From the IMG/VR virus record IMGVR_UViG_3300037400_005024, positions 32,001-96,000 of that record: a stretch of 64,000 nt of DNA. The stretch is one strand, 5' to 3'. Both the position numbers and the translations under genes were made by a program. Positions within the stretch are counted from its first letter, which is position 1. Every line of letters begins with the position of its first letter. This document shows, piece after piece, positions 60,397 through 64,000 of the stretch. The stretch comes from a virus (lineage: Duplodnaviria > Caudoviricetes). Below the pieces are notes generated by a model. It ran no database searches, had not been told where the DNA came from, and saw nothing but the letters and a program-made list of their open reading frames with translations.

Positions 60397-60512
60397 TTGT
60401 AATCCCCTAATAAGTAAATGCTTGTTCACAATACAACTATGATTAACTGGTCCGCTGCGAACTGCTTAAGCGCATAATCATTTAACTCGGATTACAATTC
60501 GGATTACCCGAA
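60397..60512 (-). ncRNA. Candidate structured RNA
   Basis: Nested stems ttgtaatcc/ggattacaa and atgatta/taatcat plus small hairpins, in the tRNA operon. Confidence 0.45.
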
Positions 60513-60525
60513 GTTCAACTTTTAT

Positions 60526-60602
60526 TGGCGTTTCCTAGAGGATTTGAACCTCTGACATATAGATTAACAGTCTATCGTTCTAACCAACTGAACTAAGGAA
60601 AC
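60526..60602 (-). tRNA. tRNA-Asn(GTT)
   Basis: Cloverleaf, loop CTGTTAA, encoded CCA. Confidence 0.92.
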
Positions 60603-60651
60603 ATTACTAAAATCTAAAACCTTTTCTACAACTAGGTAGATAGGCAAAAAC

Positions 60652-60726
60652 TGGCGTTCCCAACGGGATTTGAACCCGTGTTACCACCGTGAAAGGGTGA
60701 TGTCCTTACCGCTAGACGATGGGAAC
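60652..60726 (-). tRNA. tRNA-Glu(TTC)
   Basis: Cloverleaf, loop CTTTCAC, encoded CCA. Confidence 0.92.
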
Positions 60727-60779
60727 GTTTAAACTTTTAAAGAACTTTTATCATTGAAATAATGATATTTTAAAACTGA

Positions 60780-60852
60780 TGCTACATGTAAGATTTGAAC
60801 TCACAACCTACTGTTTACAGAACAGTTGCACTACCTATTGTGCTAATGTAGC
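60780..60852 (-). tRNA. tRNA-Thr(TGT), atypical
   Basis: Cloverleaf; loop TCTGTAA (C33); 3' end TCA not CCA. Confidence 0.7.
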
Positions 60853-61021
60853 AATATTCTTCGATTGTTCTAATTTTTTATTTAAGGAAATGGAAATTAG
60901 TAAAACCTACCGAACCATCCTCGGAAGTACGTACGCATATGTTGCTTCCTAGGTTCTATGCGTACTTTATATATTTTATTTATCAAAAAACTTAATACAG
61001 ACTGTATTAAATTCTAAATAC

Positions 61022-61095
61022 TGATTCCGATAGGACTTGAACCTATATCTTGACAATTATGAGTTGTCTGTTTTAACCAATTAAACTACAGAACC
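61022..61095 (-). tRNA. tRNA-Met/Ile2(CAT)
   Basis: Cloverleaf, loop CTCATAA; no encoded CCA. Confidence 0.8.
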
Positions 61096-61232
61096 AAACA
61101 TCAAAGTTTAATTTATATTTTATATTTTAAAACAATTCAAACAAAAGGTTTAAAGGTCCAAAAAATTTTAAATTTTAAACAACCATTCACATATATCTCT
61201 TTAGGGATATATCTATCTGGATGTTAGATTGT

Positions 61233-61400
61233 GTGACCTACATCTACCCTTCAGGGTAGATGCTTCCATTTAGAACTACAGAAGTTGTAATTCTAGTTCA
61301 GACATTTGGGACTTGTGCGTAGCATAGAAATCCAAATGTTTGAAGGTTTTATACTCCGAGAGATCCTTCAAAAGAGTTTGGTGAGATTTGTTGTAAACAG
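61233..61400 (-). mobile_element. IS200/IS605 right-end/omegaRNA-like remnant without tnpB
   Basis: Ends GAAG-CATCTACCC-TGAA-GGGTAGATG-TAGGTCAC; three further stems upstream. Confidence 0.55.
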
Positions 61401-61475
61401 TTTATATAAAATCTAAACGTCTGTATATATGAACCTTTAGGTTCATATTTTTTTTATCTGTTGGTTTTGTATAAA
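61401..61475. repeat. Palindromic dispersed repeat A, copy 2
   Basis: atatgaacctttaggttcatat core. Confidence 0.8.
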
Positions 61476-61557
61476 GACTTAACAATTGTGATATTTCTGT
61501 CTTGGTCTTTAAATTTTAGTGTTACATTTCAAGATGAAGTGACATTTTTTAACTCTG

Positions 61558-62136
61558 TTATTTGATTGTAAATGTTGGGTGTTCACAGTTTATTATACCG
61601 ACGAAATAGCCAATTGCGTTTGCTTCTATACTAAACGGCCCTGATGCAACAGTAGAGCCGGATGCATCATGAGTTACTGTATAAGTGCCGTTCCAGTGGT
61701 AAGTGTAAGCTCCGATATAGTCAGTCCAATCTCCCATAAATACTTTCATCTGTGAACCTTCATTAGTAGAGGTAATATTTGTATGCACAGTGTAACCAGC
61801 CATATTAGTGTATACACGCTCAATCCGGCCTGTAAAATGTCCAGTCACCAAATTATCATTATTACTAAAAACTACACCGCATACCTCTACCTGTATATAC
61901 ACATGACCATTGGCTCCAAATGATAACCTACGCTTATAAGCTGCTCGTGTACTTCCTACTTTCATTGGCGACAGGGTGTAAATATACTCGCCTGATGTGA
62001 CATCAGACTCTGCACTGCCTGTAAAACATGGAACATAACTTGAGCCAACCTTTAAACTCGGTGAGGTTAATTTATTAGGCAATGCCAGCAGTGAATACTG
62101 TTTACCGTTTGACGCTGTAAAATTAAGTGTAGTCAT
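61558..62136 (-). CDS. Putative fibre tip/adhesin (visibly higher GC)
   Basis: G/T/S-rich beta-like sequence; late operon with 62138. Confidence 0.45.
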   Translation of the reverse strand: MTTLNFTASNGKQYSLLALPNKLTSPSLKVGSSYVPCFTGSAESDVTSGEYIYTLSPMKVGSTRAAYKRRLSFGANGHVYIQVEVCGVVFSNNDNLVTGHFTGRIERVYTNMAGYTVHTNITSTNEGSQMKVFMGDWTDYIGAYTYHWNGTYTVTHDASGSTVASGPFSIEANAIGYFVGIINCEHPTFTIK

Positions 62137-62137
62137 A

Positions 62138-62413
62138 TTACTCCACCGTCACAAGTACACCATTAAGCATAATTCCATTTCTAAAATTATGTTTTGCCGA
62201 AACAGTTTGAGGAGTTGCTAATTTGACGTAAGTATTAGCAATGTTTGCACCATTTCCATCAGTCACGGCAGAATCAACTTGAGAGATATAAATTGATCCA
62301 GTGTTAGGGTCAGGAGTTAAATTGTTTACAGACTTGACATATTTTGTACCATCAAAAACCGCTGTACCATCTGCTGTTGGAAAAGCAAGTTGCTTAATTT
62401 CTTTTGTTGCCAT
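62138..62413 (-). CDS. Short fibre-like protein
   Basis: VKSVN, DGNGANIANTY, QTV...NF fibre motifs; late promoter 62436-62443. Confidence 0.55.
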   Translation of the reverse strand: MATKEIKQLAFPTADGTAVFDGTKYVKSVNNLTPDPNTGSIYISQVDSAVTDGNGANIANTYVKLATPQTVSAKHNFRNGIMLNGVLVTVE

Positions 62414-62506
62414 AAATCTAAAAAAATTTTTAATATATTTATATGGTGAATGAGTACAAAATTAAAGCGTATTCTTAAAAATACGCTTATTTGTGAAAAT
62501 TAAAAA

Positions 62507-62806
62507 TTATTTTTTCATTTTACCAATAAGTGACTCAATTTTGAGAATGAGGAATTGGCCATCATCAAACTTAAAATCAAGACCATCAGTTGATGGAAAC
62601 ACTACAGTATCACCTTTTCGATATTCTGTACTTTCACCTATTGAAATAATAGTACCTGTTACTGGTCTTGAATCCATCATAGTTTTTGATAAACCAATAA
62701 CAATACCTAATTTTGTTTCTTCAATTGGATCGGGAATTACTGGTTTAACTAAACAGTACTTTTTGCCTGCAACGAATTTTTCTGAATTACCACTCATAAT
62801 ATGCAT
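62507..62806 (-). CDS. groES: GroES-like co-chaperonin
   Basis: LVKP, T..GIV, GTIISIG, GDTVVF, LILK...LIG. Confidence 0.8.
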   Translation of the reverse strand: MHIMSGNSEKFVAGKKYCLVKPVIPDPIEETKLGIVIGLSKTMMDSRPVTGTIISIGESTEYRKGDTVVFPSTDGLDFKFDDGQFLILKIESLIGKMKK

Positions 62807-62830
62807 TTTACGTATCCTCTAAATTATAAA

Positions 62831-63073
62831 TTATTCTGGCTTTACTTTTCTAGGTCTACCACGACGTTTTACTGCCTTCTTTTCGGTGTTAACAGAATCT
62901 GCAGTCTTCTTAACTGTCTTTGTTAATTTTAAAGCATTAACTTCAACGTTTTGAGAAGTTTGAACTTCTTCAGACTTCTGTTCAGAAGTTTCATGAACTT
63001 CAACATGAACTGGTTTACGTACCTTAGAGATAAGTGACTTTATAAAATCAACAATTATATTTAAAATTTTCAT
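62831..63073 (-). CDS. Late hypothetical protein with AT-hook
   Basis: KRRGRPRK; late promoter 63132-63139. Confidence 0.6.
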   Translation of the reverse strand: MKILNIIVDFIKSLISKVRKPVHVEVHETSEQKSEEVQTSQNVEVNALKLTKTVKKTADSVNTEKKAVKRRGRPRKVKPE

Positions 63074-63132
63074 TAAACACTCTCGGTTGTTAAAACATTG
63101 TTCATTTTAGAACAATAGAAATTTTCAAATAT

Positions 63133-63201
63133 ATTTATACAAAACTAACAGATAAAAATATGAACCTTTAGGTTTATATACAGCCGTTGATTTTATATAA
63201 A
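63133..63201. repeat. Palindromic dispersed repeat A, copy 3
   Basis: Near reverse complement of copy 2. Confidence 0.8.
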
Positions 63202-63231
63202 GTCATATAAAAATATGACTTTTAAAAACTT

Positions 63232-63654
63232 TTAAATTTTCTTTTTAATCTTCTTTAAAATCTTTTCTTTATTTAAAGGCTTTTCATAAATTTTAACATC
63301 TTTTAAATCATAAAAATTGTGTAATGTGTCTTCTATAACAAAGTATAAGTTTAAAACACCTCCAGAATGAACTGCTAAAAAACCACCAGTTTCTGATAAT
63401 TGATGTTTAACAGCGTGTTCTAAACAGCGCTGAGCAGTATTTTTAAGTTCTTGAATATCTGGAATGTACTCTTTAAAATCAGAAGTCCAGTACTTCCAAT
63501 TTAGTGCTTTCATTGCTTTCTCAACACGCCCAAAGTCAAATTCTTCTAAAATATTTTTAATCTGTTGTGTATAATTAAAGTTTCCTTCTAAAACAAGAAG
63601 TTTTGAAGACTCATTAGAATGGTCGTACTTAATATCAAATTTAATTTCTTTCAT
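63232..63654 (-). CDS. Hypothetical protein
   Basis: FDFGRVEKAM..LNW.., TGGF; GAGGA RBS. Confidence 0.7.
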   Translation of the reverse strand: MKEIKFDIKYDHSNESSKLLVLEGNFNYTQQIKNILEEFDFGRVEKAMKALNWKYWTSDFKEYIPDIQELKNTAQRCLEHAVKHQLSETGGFLAVHSGGVLNLYFVIEDTLHNFYDLKDVKIYEKPLNKEKILKKIKKKI

Positions 63655-63806
63655 AGTTTTATTCCTCTTTTAAATATTATAACAACTTTTCTTTAATTGT
63701 TCTATATGTCCAAAAATTACATTTTTGAAATGTTTAGAAGCTATTGGCTTAAAGGTCAATAGTAGTTCATATAAATAATTAAAATCTTCAAGAAAATTTT
63801 AATATT

Positions 63807-64000
63807 GTGGCCACTAAAAATATAAAGAAAATTCTTTTAAATAAAGACGGGAATAATTTTGTTGCTGATATCGAAGATATAGAAAACAGAATTACTCAAA
63901 ATAATTCTAATTTAGAAACAGCTAAACAAGAACTGTCTAATAAATGTAATGAAGCTTTAAGTGCAGCTAACAATGCTAATAATAATGCTAATAGTAGAGT
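63807..64000 (+). CDS. Fibre-like protein, 3'-truncated
   Basis: GTG start MATKNIKKILLNKDG..., open to window end; late promoter 63770-63777. Confidence 0.55.
   Translation, partial: MATKNIKKILLNKDGNNFVADIEDIENRITQNNSNLETAKQELSNKCNEALSAANNANNNANSR

Noticed and set aside
60780-60852. tRNA-Tyr(GTA) reading
   Set aside because: The anticodon stem pairs only with TGT centred, and the variable arm is short.
8129-62822. Short ORFs overlapping real genes (8129, 9471, 11709, 16059, 18552, 20883, 23144, 23397, 24772, 26537, 27496, 30212, 35807, 44720, 46615, 51422, 53249, 54910, 56677, 58651, 62493)
   Set aside because: Antisense or alternate-frame shadows of better supported genes, without RBS or motifs.

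Overview
64 kb segment of a very AT-rich lytic T4-like (myovirus) phage genome with scrambled gene order. Recognisable T4-type core genes are gp41, a split gp43 N-terminal half, gp15, gp17, gp4, gp14, gp20, gp55, gp49, gp48, gp53, gp5, PAAR, a fractured gp44 and UvsW. The window also has 4 tRNAs, spanins (implying a Gram-negative host) and an anaerobic NrdD. Highlights: (1) a putative new cytosine hypermodification system, made of a dCMP hydroxymethylase and dCTPase plus a 5-gene operon (phosphodiesterase-like, HAD-phosphoribulokinase fusion, class II aldolase/epimerase, tandem BcbE-like nucleotidyltransferase, hmC-type glycosyltransferase) that suggests an unusual, possibly ketopentose, sugar on DNA; (2) a three-piece NrdD with a cis mini-intein, a split intein at the catalytic Cys whose C-half is fused to a Vsr-like endonuclease, and the glycyl-radical domain encoded as a separate upstream 49-aa ORF missed by the ORF track; (3) a split-intein clamp loader with a free-standing endonuclease; (4) a non-MotA middle-promoter motif with fixed spacing in about 12 copies; (5) a family of late proteins with a T4-like capsid-targeting N-terminus; (6) IS200/IS605 right-end/omegaRNA-like and other dispersed palindromic repeats. 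All calls come from motif recognition by eye; no searches were run.
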